From positions 1 to 54,053 of the IMG/VR virus record IMGVR_UViG_3300037961_003327: a stretch of 54,053 nucleotides of DNA; one strand, 5' to 3'. The notes under the pieces were generated by a model. It did not search any database. It was not told the DNA's origin and saw only the letters and a program-made list of their open reading frames with translations. This document shows, piece after piece, positions 18,466-26,245 of this stretch (within the stretch, counting starts at the first letter, position 1; the number at the start of each line of letters is the position of its first letter). The DNA is from a virus (taxonomy: Duplodnaviria; Caudoviricetes). Both the position numbers and the translations under genes were made by a program.

Positions 18466-18747
18466 ATGAAAGGCAAATTGAAAGTAACGAAGGTTCGATA
18501 CTTTAAAACCCGTAACGGTTTAGGGTACGAATGCAAAACAAACATCCCCAACGTAGTAATATGGAATGATGGGCATGGTGGTCCCTGCTATATTGATCGG
18601 TGGGGACTCACCCGAGAACAAGCTCGAAAGTTTGACAAATTATCGGAGTCGGATTTGGTTGCTCTGATTGACGAATTTGAAGGAGTAAAGCGATGGGGCA
18701 AAGATGTGGTACAAGTTGGATTAAAGTTTGAAGGAGTAAAGCGATGA
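18466..18747 (+). CDS. Early hypothetical protein with duplicated C-terminal FEGVKR
   Basis: WNDGHGG motif; 20-bp direct repeat at the 3' end. Confidence 0.7.
   Translation: MKGKLKVTKVRYFKTRNGLGYECKTNIPNVVIWNDGHGGPCYIDRWGLTREQARKFDKLSESDLVALIDEFEGVKRWGKDVVQVGLKFEGVKR
18676..18746 (+). repeat. 20-bp direct repeat TTTGAAGGAGTAAAGCGATG
   Basis: Copies at 18676-18695 and 18727-18746. Confidence 0.9.
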
Positions 18748-18950
18748 TTCAAAAATTAATTAAAGACCTATACGAACACGGATTCTGTGAGTTCGATTCA
18801 CACGATAATCTGATGTACTTCCATCAAGATGAAGGCAAGCACATAACAGAAGATGATTTGAACCGAGCCACAGAAATAGCTGAAAAACTTGGGTTGTCGG
18901 TCAATGTTTACGGACATACCGACCTAACAATGACAATCGAAATAAACTAG
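18744..18950 (+). CDS. Early hypothetical protein
   Basis: 68 aa, ATGA coupling. Confidence 0.7.
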   Translation: MIQKLIKDLYEHGFCEFDSHDNLMYFHQDEGKHITEDDLNRATEIAEKLGLSVNVYGHTDLTMTIEIN

Positions 18951-18955
18951 GAAAC

Positions 18956-19180
18956 ATGAAGAATTCAGTAGACATATTTATTGGCGTTCAATCGGCTGAC
19001 GAAGTATCGAAATCCATACGCGATTATTACGAGGAATTATCATGGGATTTAATAGAGGACGTACAGCCGTTTGACAATGGTGTAATTGTCACGACAAAAC
19101 CGTTAGACCGTTACGACCGTGACGATTTGTACGCTGTATTGGTAGAGGAATACGGCGTGAATGCAGTGAATGAATTGTAA
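18956..19180 (+). CDS. Early hypothetical acidic protein
   Basis: 74 aa, tightly packed with neighbours. Confidence 0.7.
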   Translation: MKNSVDIFIGVQSADEVSKSIRDYYEELSWDLIEDVQPFDNGVIVTTKPLDRYDRDDLYAVLVEEYGVNAVNEL

Positions 19181-19200
19181 GCACATAAACCAGTAAAACG

Positions 19201-19449
19201 ATGAAGGAAAAAATAACCTATTTGGTCACACTAACTGATGCAATCCATGACGGACAAACTTGGTGCGCCAATGGCTGCTTAGTTACGAGGAAAAACATCG
19301 AATTGAACCAAGGACATACCGACAGGAAACTGTGGATAGAAGCCCGAAAATGTATGGGGTATTCAGGGATTAGAGGAAGGTATTTAGATGACGATACATG
19401 GATGCCTTACAATTCGGTAATGATGTTGCACGTAATGTCAAATGATTAA
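19201..19449 (+). CDS. Early hypothetical protein
   Basis: 82 aa with A-rich leader. Confidence 0.7.
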   Translation: MKEKITYLVTLTDAIHDGQTWCANGCLVTRKNIELNQGHTDRKLWIEARKCMGYSGIRGRYLDDDTWMPYNSVMMLHVMSND

Positions 19450-19468
19450 TAAACAAATAAGTAAACCA

Positions 19469-19678
19469 ATGGGAAACATGAGTTATTGCCGCTTCGAAAA
19501 CACGTCAATCGATTTGGACGACTGTATCGAAGCAATTGAGAACGGAAACATTAACGAACTCAGCGTATACGAAATACGCGGGATTCTCAACCTCAGAGAT
19601 CAGGCCAAGTACATAGTAGAGCTATGGTCGGACATTGAAGAAGGAGTAAAACAATCCAAGCGGTACAATTTAGAATGA
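19469..19678 (+). CDS. Early phage protein (MSYCRFENT motif)
   Basis: MGNMSYCRFENTSIDLDDC; start probably 19469 rather than 19442. Confidence 0.7.
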   Translation: MGNMSYCRFENTSIDLDDCIEAIENGNINELSVYEIRGILNLRDQAKYIVELWSDIEEGVKQSKRYNLE

Positions 19679-19758
19679 GAAAAATTTGGAAGTAAACAAT
19701 TCGCGTTATTAAATTAGCAACGCATCCAATGACGGGTGCAATTCAAAAACTCAAACAA

Positions 19759-20076
19759 ATGGACAATAAAACTTACACCAAGAGAAGCCCATCGGACCTT
19801 GGGTACACAATTGGGCTACAAGATGCAATCGACGCGCTGCGAGAGGCGTTCAAAGACGCTGACACGGAGAAGACCTTTCACTATAGAAAGATAACAGACG
19901 GCGTTACGATAGGCGAAGCCTACACGCACCATCGCAGCCGTTATGAGTTCTACGACGGCAAGTGCGATGCGTACGCAGAGGCTATCAAAGCACTTAAGGC
20001 TAACCTTGAGTCGATTAACAAAGAGTACGTAGTACAATTTGAAATGAGAAAAATTTGGGAGTCTGAGGCATACTGA
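19759..20076 (+). CDS. Early hypothetical protein; stop codon lies in the ribozyme core
   Basis: Starts MDNKTY at 19759 (track start 19729); TGA 20074-20076 is part of CTGATGA. Confidence 0.7.
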   Translation: MDNKTYTKRSPSDLGYTIGLQDAIDALREAFKDADTEKTFHYRKITDGVTIGEAYTHHRSRYEFYDGKCDAYAEAIKALKANLESINKEYVVQFEMRKIWESEAY

Positions 20077-20156
20077 TGAGCCCTGACAGGGCGAAACTGG
20101 GCAGGAGGTCAACCATAACTCCGAGCAGACTAACCAACTGCACCCAGTCTATGTCT
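20066..20156 (+). ncRNA. Hammerhead ribozyme, type I
   Basis: Stem I AGGCATA(20066-72)/TATGTCT(20150-56); core CTGATGA(20073-79); stem II GCCCT-GAC-AGGGC(20080-92); GAAA(20093-96); stem III ACTGGG(20096-101)/CCCAGT(20143-48) extended by CAG/CTG; cleavage triplet GTC ending 20149. Confidence 0.9.
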
Positions 20157-20174
20157 AATCTAAATTCAAACACT

Positions 20175-20456
20175 ATGGACAATAAAACTTACAACGGTTG
20201 GTTCAACTACGCAACGTGGAGAATCAACTTAGAGATTTTCGACGGCTTCGATGCTGAAGATCACTACGGGATTGATTCGGATTGTGATGCTTACGATTTG
20301 GGTCAGCATCTAAAGGACTACGCGGAATCGATAATTGAAATTGACGTCCCTTCTAAATCGTTGGCGTTATCGTATGCTTACGCCTTTATGCAAGATGTGA
20401 ATTGGTCAGAGATTGCGCAACACATGATTGACGAAATAAAAGAAAACGAAGAATAA
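20175..20456 (+). CDS. Early acidic phage protein (YNGWxNYATW motif)
   Basis: Real start probably MDNKTYNGW at 20175; the track's upstream extension runs through the ribozyme. Confidence 0.75.
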   Translation: MDNKTYNGWFNYATWRINLEIFDGFDAEDHYGIDSDCDAYDLGQHLKDYAESIIEIDVPSKSLALSYAYAFMQDVNWSEIAQHMIDEIKENEE

Positions 20457-20478
20457 TACAAACTGAATACATCAAATC

Positions 20479-20685
20479 ATGAATGTAAACGACATCATCG
20501 ACTACGAACAGGGCAAACTCAACGATGCCCAAACCCTAAAGTTATTCTCCTCGCTCGTTCGATCAGGCGCAGTATGGTCCCTTCAAGGACATTACGGACG
20601 AACTGCATCCGCCCTGATTCAAGACGGGTGGATTGATAGTGACGGATGCATAACAGAAAAAGCAGAACTAAACGGATTAACATGA
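20479..20685 (+). CDS. Early phage protein (WSLQGHYGRTA motif)
   Basis: 68 aa with a motif typical of a common small phage family. Confidence 0.75.
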   Translation: MNVNDIIDYEQGKLNDAQTLKLFSSLVRSGAVWSLQGHYGRTASALIQDGWIDSDGCITEKAELNGLT

Positions 20686-20770
20686 CAATTGAGCAACTGC
20701 AAGACCTGTACGGTCTCGAATGGATTGACTACCTCGATACACAAGAAATCCAAGAGCTAATTGACGAACG

Positions 20771-21034
20771 ATGAGCAGGCTAACACAACGTCAGGGCGTG
20801 TGCCCGAACTGCAAGGCTGACAGCCACATCAGCTACAGCAAGCTGAAAGACCAGTACGACCCCGATGTTGTGTACTTCGACGTCAAGTGCCACAACTGCG
20901 GTACTACGTGGGATGAGCATTACAGCCTCGTATTCTTCGAACAAGACAACATTCAAATACCTTCACAACATGAGCACAGCAATCATAGTAGCCTACGCAG
21001 TAGGAGCAGTAATAGTTACAATCCAATCCCTTAA
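20771..21034 (+). CDS. Zinc-ribbon protein
   Basis: CPNC...CHNC pairs. Confidence 0.7.
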   Translation: MSRLTQRQGVCPNCKADSHISYSKLKDQYDPDVVYFDVKCHNCGTTWDEHYSLVFFEQDNIQIPSQHEHSNHSSLRSRSSNSYNPIP

Positions 21035-21037
21035 AAA

Positions 21038-21235
21038 ATGAATTCAGACAACATGATCAGAAGTTCTTTTGATAAATGGATTCGCAGAGGTGAGGCCATT
21101 CGCAGCCACCGCTGTGTAAACTACGCTAAGATGGGACTGGCGGCATGGGCGCAAGGCAGGGATCTTGATGCCTTCGCTTACTTAGCAAAAGCCAAACACG
21201 AATATTTTATTGATAACGAAGAACTACCATTCTAA
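21038..21235 (+). CDS. Early hypothetical protein
   Basis: 65 aa ending EELPF. Confidence 0.65.
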   Translation: MNSDNMIRSSFDKWIRRGEAIRSHRCVNYAKMGLAAWAQGRDLDAFAYLAKAKHEYFIDNEELPF

Positions 21236-21474
21236 TGAAAATGTACATAGCGATTATGCCTGAAGTGTGGGGTTATGGATACACCGCCATATCTGAAATC
21301 AGCGAAGAAGACGCAGTAAACAAAATACGCGAAGCCTACACGTTCGATATGGCCCGCATAGGACAGGATTTAGGCTGTTTGAAATCAACCAAATTCGAAG
21401 ATCGATACGACTACTATGGTGGGTATAGCCTACAAATAGACACCGACAAAATTTATACCGATGGGTTCAAATAA
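21235..21474 (+). CDS. Early hypothetical protein
   Basis: 79 aa, TAATG coupling. Confidence 0.7.
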   Translation: MKMYIAIMPEVWGYGYTAISEISEEDAVNKIREAYTFDMARIGQDLGCLKSTKFEDRYDYYGGYSLQIDTDKIYTDGFK

Positions 21475-21475
21475 G

Positions 21476-22171
21476 ATGAAAGTAATCGAACTATTTGCGG
21501 GATCGCGAAGCATTGGAAAGGCGGCAGAACAAATCGGATTGGAAGTATGGTCAACTGACATTTATGATTTTGGAGGTATCGACTGCGTAGCTGATATTTT
21601 AAAGCTGTCTGCTGACGATATACCGCACGAAGGGGAGAACACTATACTGTGGGCATCACCTCCGTGTACTTCATTCAGCGTAGCCTCGATAGGTCACCAC
21701 TGGAATCCTGACAGGACACCAAAAACAGAAGCGTGCAAATTAGGAGTCAAACTAGTTGAGCATACTTTGCAACTCATAAAGGAAATCAACCCAAGGTATT
21801 GGTACATAGAAAACCCTAGGGGTATGTTGAGAAAGCTAAACATGATGCAACCCCTCATGCGGAACACAGTAACTTATTGTCAGTACGGCGATGAGCGTAT
21901 GAAACCGACCGATATATGGACGAACAATAAGTATTGGCATCCTCGACCGATGTGCAAGAATGGTGATCCGTGCCACGTAGCTGCCCCTAGGGGTTCACGG
22001 ACGGGAACGCAAGGAAGAAAAAATAATCACGACCGTAGTAAAATACCGCACGATTTGTGCCTAGAGGTATTAAAAAGCTGTCTTGACAATGAAGAAACAA
22101 AAAGAGCAAAACCTTACCGAACACCAGGAGTGCAACAAAAACTTTGGTCGCATGGTGTGTGTGCAATCTAG
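21476..22171 (+). CDS. DNA (cytosine-5) methyltransferase, short orphan phage type
   Basis: Motif I ELFAGSRSIG, motif IV ASPPC, motif VI IENP; start MKVIELF at 21476. Confidence 0.88.
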   Translation: MKVIELFAGSRSIGKAAEQIGLEVWSTDIYDFGGIDCVADILKLSADDIPHEGENTILWASPPCTSFSVASIGHHWNPDRTPKTEACKLGVKLVEHTLQLIKEINPRYWYIENPRGMLRKLNMMQPLMRNTVTYCQYGDERMKPTDIWTNNKYWHPRPMCKNGDPCHVAAPRGSRTGTQGRKNNHDRSKIPHDLCLEVLKSCLDNEETKRAKPYRTPGVQQKLWSHGVCAI

Positions 22172-22289
22172 CGCAAACGAAAATCCCGCAAAGGATTTCA
22201 ATGAGTGGATACAACACGTCTACTCACAAGTTAAAATTAATTACGAACGCAAACTAAAAAATGAAAAGCCTATGGAAAAACCTGAGTAA
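22083..22289 (+). CDS. Hypothetical protein
   Basis: 68 aa bridging methyltransferase and ParB-like gene; start uncertain. Confidence 0.5.
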   Translation: MTMKKQKEQNLTEHQECNKNFGRMVCVQSSANENPAKDFNEWIQHVYSQVKINYERKLKNEKPMEKPE

Positions 22290-22320
22290 AGTAAAATCAC
22301 AATTAACAAGCAAAAACAAA

Positions 22321-23124
22321 ATGAATTTTAATCGAATCTTTGAAACAACAGACTACAATCAATTTGACTGGACCGAAATAAACAGAGACATAGTAGAGTC
22401 CCAAGTCAAGAAACTAGAGGCCGATATCGACAGCGGTATGGGGATTATGACCCCCATACTAGTGAACCCAAAAAAGGTAAACGGTAAACTTCAAGTTCCT
22501 GACGGTCAACATAGATTGGTAGCACTAAAAAACAAAAATCGACCAATCCGTTACGTGTTCGCAACACGTCAGATGGATTTGAACGATATCACTAGGATCA
22601 ATACCCAACAGCGGCCCTGGTCTACCATGGACTATATCAAAGCCTTTGCGAAAGCAGGCAAACAAGATTACGTCCGATTGCTAAACTTCCATGAAGAGGT
22701 GCAAGAAAGGATAGATATGATACCCAACGTAAAAAGGATTTCTGTGAGAGCGGTTTCTTTTTTAGCCCAGGGGGACGCAACAAATCCTAATACGGCAGGT
22801 ATCTTTAAAATAAAAGACGGAACATGGAAGTTCAGGTCAACTGAGAAGCAAGCCCGCAAAAACCTGAATATGTTTATTCAGTTCGCTGAGATAACAGGGT
22901 CATGCTTAACAGAGTGCTTCATCCAAACCATCTTTTCTATGATTAAACATCAAGATGAGTTCAACGTAAACCGATTGCTACGACAGGCAAAGGCTTACCC
23001 TCACTTGTTTTATAGTTGCTCAAGGAATCAGGACTACATGCGTATGATTGAGGAGCTGTACAACCATCGCAAGAAGAGTAACAATCGGGTCTACTTCCGA
23101 TTCCGTAAAAAGTTAAACGCATGA
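22321..23124 (+). CDS. ParB/Srx-like domain protein
   Basis: INR...PILV...DGQHRL motif; start probably MNFNRIFETTDY. Confidence 0.75.
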   Translation: MNFNRIFETTDYNQFDWTEINRDIVESQVKKLEADIDSGMGIMTPILVNPKKVNGKLQVPDGQHRLVALKNKNRPIRYVFATRQMDLNDITRINTQQRPWSTMDYIKAFAKAGKQDYVRLLNFHEEVQERIDMIPNVKRISVRAVSFLAQGDATNPNTAGIFKIKDGTWKFRSTEKQARKNLNMFIQFAEITGSCLTECFIQTIFSMIKHQDEFNVNRLLRQAKAYPHLFYSCSRNQDYMRMIEELYNHRKKSNNRVYFRFRKKLNA

Positions 23125-23288
23125 AAAAAGGATTCAGCATGCACAAATTAGCATACTATATGGTTCACGGCAAAGCAATCGAAGAAGAGGATGAGATGGA
23201 CGATCGCACGGAAGAGGAGAAGGAACTCGATGAAATATGGAACGCTTGGGAGGACAAGGCAGATGCAAAACGCAAATACAACGAATGA
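23121..23288 (+). CDS. Hypothetical 55-aa acidic protein (not in ORF track)
   Basis: MKKGFSMHKLAYYMVHG...KYNE; ATGA coupling at both ends. Confidence 0.6.
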   Translation: MKKGFSMHKLAYYMVHGKAIEEEDEMDDRTEEEKELDEIWNAWEDKADAKRKYNE

Positions 23289-23416
23289 TGTTTAAACAGA
23301 AAGACGCAGCCAAGCTATTCAAGCGATTCATGGAAATCATGAGGAACCCCAAAGCCATAGACGCTTTACGCCAGCTTAAACAGTTAGAGCAGGACGGAAA
23401 GAAGTACGGATTCTAA
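23285..23416 (+). CDS. Hypothetical 43-aa protein (not in ORF track)
   Basis: MMFKQKDAAKLFKRFMEIMRNPK...YGF; ATGA coupling. Confidence 0.6.
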   Translation: MMFKQKDAAKLFKRFMEIMRNPKAIDALRQLKQLEQDGKKYGF

Positions 23417-23420
23417 AAAT

Positions 23421-23540
23421 CCTAGTCAGAACGCTGACAGGGGGAGGGGCGTATGGTGTGCGGGGAGAACCCGTAACGGGAAAAGAACACATGCATCATG
23501 TGCTAGTTTGAGACCCTGAGAAACAAAGTCCCTCTTTTCC
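23421..23540 (+). ncRNA. Candidate structured non-coding RNA
   Basis: GC-rich intergenic segment with hairpins GTCAG/CTGAC, TGCGGG/CCCGTA, CACATG/CATGTG and closing helix GGGGAGGGGC/GTCCCTCTTT. Confidence 0.5.
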
Positions 23541-23571
23541 TTGCATTATTAACATTATAACAGTACGTTTG
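23540..23571 (+). promoter_or_regulatory. Promoter for the replication/recombination genes
   Basis: CTTG (23540-43), 20-nt spacer, TACGTTTG (23564-71). Confidence 0.6.
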
Positions 23572-23589
23572 GTGGATAAAGTCAATTTA

Positions 23590-23994
23590 ATGGAATCGAA
23601 AGTTCAACACATGTTGGATGAGTATTACAAAGAATTAAATGTTACTCCCAACTACAACAGCAGATTACAGCATCAAGTAAAACCCAGGGCTGCCATGATG
23701 GTAGCCATGACAAAAGAGATGAGCGTAACTGGCGTAGCAAAATCATTTAATATGAATCACGCTACGGTTCTTCATCACAGCAGAAAACATCTAGAAAACC
23801 TAAAGCATTGGGATGGCTACAAAGAAAACTACAAGTTAGCCGCCTCTTTGTGTGATGTTTGGCTGAAACGAGAACGGATAGAGACCGCTATCTCTAGGGT
23901 GAATAATAGAATTAAAAGGCTACAAAGTGTAGCAGAACAATTAAATCAAAGGTTAAAAAATGAGCAACTACAAGTTCAAAACAACGAAAATTAA
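23590..23994 (+). CDS. DnaA C-terminal (domain IV)-like HTH protein
   Basis: SR...VKPRAAMM...SVTGVAKSFNMNHATVLH resembles the DnaA-C signature; coiled-coil tail. Confidence 0.65.
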   Translation: MESKVQHMLDEYYKELNVTPNYNSRLQHQVKPRAAMMVAMTKEMSVTGVAKSFNMNHATVLHHSRKHLENLKHWDGYKENYKLAASLCDVWLKRERIETAISRVNNRIKRLQSVAEQLNQRLKNEQLQVQNNEN

Positions 23995-24475
23995 AGGCAA
24001 GGACTACGTAGAAGTCAACGAGCGAATCAAGTTCTTTCGACAAGAAGAGCAGTACAAAAACTGGAGCCTAATCACAGAGTTCCCTGTGCTAGATAGTGAA
24101 CACTGCGTTTGCAAAGCTTCCGTAGCCGATCCTGAGCACAGGATTATTGCTACAGGACACGCTCACGAAGTTCAAGGCAGTAGCATGATCAACAAAACTA
24201 GTTTCATAGAGAACTGTGAGACATCGGCAATCGGTCGTGCATTAGCTATGCTTGGCATAGGGATTGACACCTCTGTAGCTTCATTCAACGAAGTGTCAGA
24301 TGCTATAGCGCAGCAACAACAGACATCAGAGCCTGAAGAAAATATCATGGACAAAGCTGTCGCATACATCAAGTCCCAGGATGACAAGAAGAAAGCATTC
24401 GACCTCATCATCAAACAAAAGGGAAATCAACTAACAGAAAAGCAAATAGCGGGATTGAAGAAGTTTGTTCGATGA
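23960..24475 (+). CDS. Putative single-strand annealing protein (Rad52/Sak-like)
   Basis: KGKDYVEVNERI...ATGHA...ENCETSAIGRALA; lies upstream of exonuclease and SSB. Confidence 0.65.
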   Translation: MSNYKFKTTKIKGKDYVEVNERIKFFRQEEQYKNWSLITEFPVLDSEHCVCKASVADPEHRIIATGHAHEVQGSSMINKTSFIENCETSAIGRALAMLGIGIDTSVASFNEVSDAIAQQQQTSEPEENIMDKAVAYIKSQDDKKKAFDLIIKQKGNQLTEKQIAGLKKFVR

Positions 24476-24762
24476 GATTAGATACCACGCGCACAGACGA
24501 AAAGAGATACGCGCAGTTCAGAGCTTCAGCATTGAAGCTGAAGACCAAGAAGTTTTGGGTGTCTACCGAAGAAAGAAATCCTGAATTTGATGGGTTATTC
24601 TTTATCAAACACCCAGACTTCATGGGTGACATAGACATAGCTGAGTTCTACATCAACTCCAAGGGGAAAAGGTTTTGGCTTACGCCTAGCCCTCCTACGC
24701 ATTGGGCTGAGATAGAGACGTATGATTACAGAGACGAACACGGAGATTTAATTTATGACTGA
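24472..24762 (+). CDS. Hypothetical protein
   Basis: 96 aa, WVS..ER.P...PTHW pattern; coupled to neighbours. Confidence 0.65.
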   Translation: MRLDTTRTDEKRYAQFRASALKLKTKKFWVSTEERNPEFDGLFFIKHPDFMGDIDIAEFYINSKGKRFWLTPSPPTHWAEIETYDYRDEHGDLIYD

Positions 24763-25544
24763 TGAACATACCTGAAAAACTACAAGAGAGATACAACAAG
24801 CCACATCTGTCGTATTCCTCCATCAAGCAAGCCCTAGGTGATATGGCTCAGTTCGATCGCTACATGCGAGGTGAAATGATTTACAAATCCGATGCTTTGG
24901 ATTTTGGTACACTGTATGATATGCTGCTTTTTGAGCGGGAGAAAGCCATGAGTCACTACGTAGTAATGTCGGACACGCACATCTTGGCACAACTATCGGA
25001 CAAAGCTAGAAACTCAAAGAAGCCTTCACTAACTTCAGAATACAAAGCTGCTGTACAACGTTTAAAAACCCAGGCGATAGAAGAAGACAAAAAGATTGTC
25101 TCGCATGACGATTGGCAAATGGCAAACGACATGATTGACAGACTTTATACTTGTGGACTTATGGATACTTACTTGGCTGGTGAATACCAAGTAGAATTCA
25201 ACGATCACATCAAAGGCGTACAAGTAAAAGGTTTTTTAGATTGTTTAGGCAATGGTTTTATTAGCGACAGCAAGTCATCGCGGAGTGTTTCTAAGTTTAG
25301 ATACGCCGTCAAAGACTTCTGCTACGACGTTCAAGCCTACATATACACTACGGTTTTTGGAATAAAAGATTTCTATTGGGTTGCCCAGGAGAAAACTTAT
25401 CCCTATCTTCCTGCTCTCATCAAGTGTAGCGATGAGACAATCTTTGTCGGAGAAATGAAATTCAATGATGCCGTAAACAGAATCCGAAAGTTCTTGGAAC
25501 AGGACTATAAGCCAACCAAAGATTATTTAGAGTATGAGGTTTAG
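24762..25544 (+). CDS. PD-(D/E)XK exonuclease (RecE/Cas4-like)
   Basis: LSYSSIK...FGT...KGFLD...DSKS...YDVQAYIY. Confidence 0.8.
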   Translation: MNIPEKLQERYNKPHLSYSSIKQALGDMAQFDRYMRGEMIYKSDALDFGTLYDMLLFEREKAMSHYVVMSDTHILAQLSDKARNSKKPSLTSEYKAAVQRLKTQAIEEDKKIVSHDDWQMANDMIDRLYTCGLMDTYLAGEYQVEFNDHIKGVQVKGFLDCLGNGFISDSKSSRSVSKFRYAVKDFCYDVQAYIYTTVFGIKDFYWVAQEKTYPYLPALIKCSDETIFVGEMKFNDAVNRIRKFLEQDYKPTKDYLEYEV

Positions 25545-25586
25545 ACAAGTTTTTAGGTACAATTTTTTACAACTAATTCATTTAAA

Positions 25587-25895
25587 ATGAGTGATCAAAA
25601 CAAGAAGTACGAGAGTGTTCTCGTAGGCTGGGCAGACGAGCCTAGTTATAATGACAACGGTGATTTGATGGGGTGGAGCTTCCGCCTCAAGGACAACGAG
25701 TTGAAAGATGCTATTGACCAGTATGCCACTAAGCGGGACGAGAACGGTCAAGGTGGTAACATTCGATTCCGACTATTCATGTCGAAGTCGGGCAAGCCAT
25801 GCCTTAGCGTATGGGATCCCAATAGCGAAGCGGCACAAGAACGCCGTAACAACCAGGCTAAAAACGGAAAGGGCTCAGACGACCTGCCGTTCTAG
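25587..25895 (+). CDS. Putative single-stranded DNA-binding protein
   Basis: 102 aa with acidic C-terminal DDLPF, in the recombination module. Confidence 0.65.
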   Translation: MSDQNKKYESVLVGWADEPSYNDNGDLMGWSFRLKDNELKDAIDQYATKRDENGQGGNIRFRLFMSKSGKPCLSVWDPNSEAAQERRNNQAKNGKGSDDLPF

Positions 25896-25921
25896 TATAT
25901 CGTGTAAGGGTTTGTGGAAAG

Positions 25922-25949
25922 GGTCGAGATTGTTCTCGGCCTTTTCTTT
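25922..25949 (+). terminator. Intrinsic terminator
   Basis: GGTCGAGA-TTGT-TCTCGGCC followed by TTTTCTTT. Confidence 0.7.
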
Positions 25950-25966
25950 CCCTTGTATATTACGTA

Positions 25967-26245
25967 ATGAGTAGACCAATATATTTTATCGAGGCAACGG
26001 CTACCGTAATTAAAAATAAGCGGCCTACGTCGAGAGAAGTATGGATAGTTAGTACATACGATAACCCCTCCGACATCATGAAAAACGACTCGAAAACAAT
26101 GAGTCGGTTACGCGAGGAGTTACTGAGCAAAAACGCGAAGAACAAAACAGTTCTTATTGAATCAATCAAATCAATCAAACGAGTCGGCACTACCTCTAAT
26201 GCAAGTAACTATCTACAAAAATCTGTACAAGAAAAGCGCAAGTGA
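25967..26245 (+). CDS. Hypothetical basic protein
   Basis: 92 aa upstream of primase-helicase. Confidence 0.65.
   Translation: MSRPIYFIEATATVIKNKRPTSREVWIVSTYDNPSDIMKNDSKTMSRLREELLSKNAKNKTVLIESIKSIKRVGTTSNASNYLQKSVQEKRK

Larger units (their letters stand above)
19759..20193 (+). repeat. 19-bp direct repeat ATGGACAATAAAACTTACA at two successive gene starts
   Basis: Copies at 19759-19777 and 20175-20193, both preceded by TCAAACA. Confidence 0.9.

Noticed and set aside
20076-20174. N-terminal extension of the 126-aa ORF in the track
   Set aside because: Runs through the ribozyme; the repeat-defined ATG at 20175 is the better start.
24739-24780. CTGATGA...GAAA as a second hammerhead (also CTGATGAG at 12161)
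   Set aside because: No paired stem II or matching stems I/III; ordinary stop/start overlap or coding sequence.
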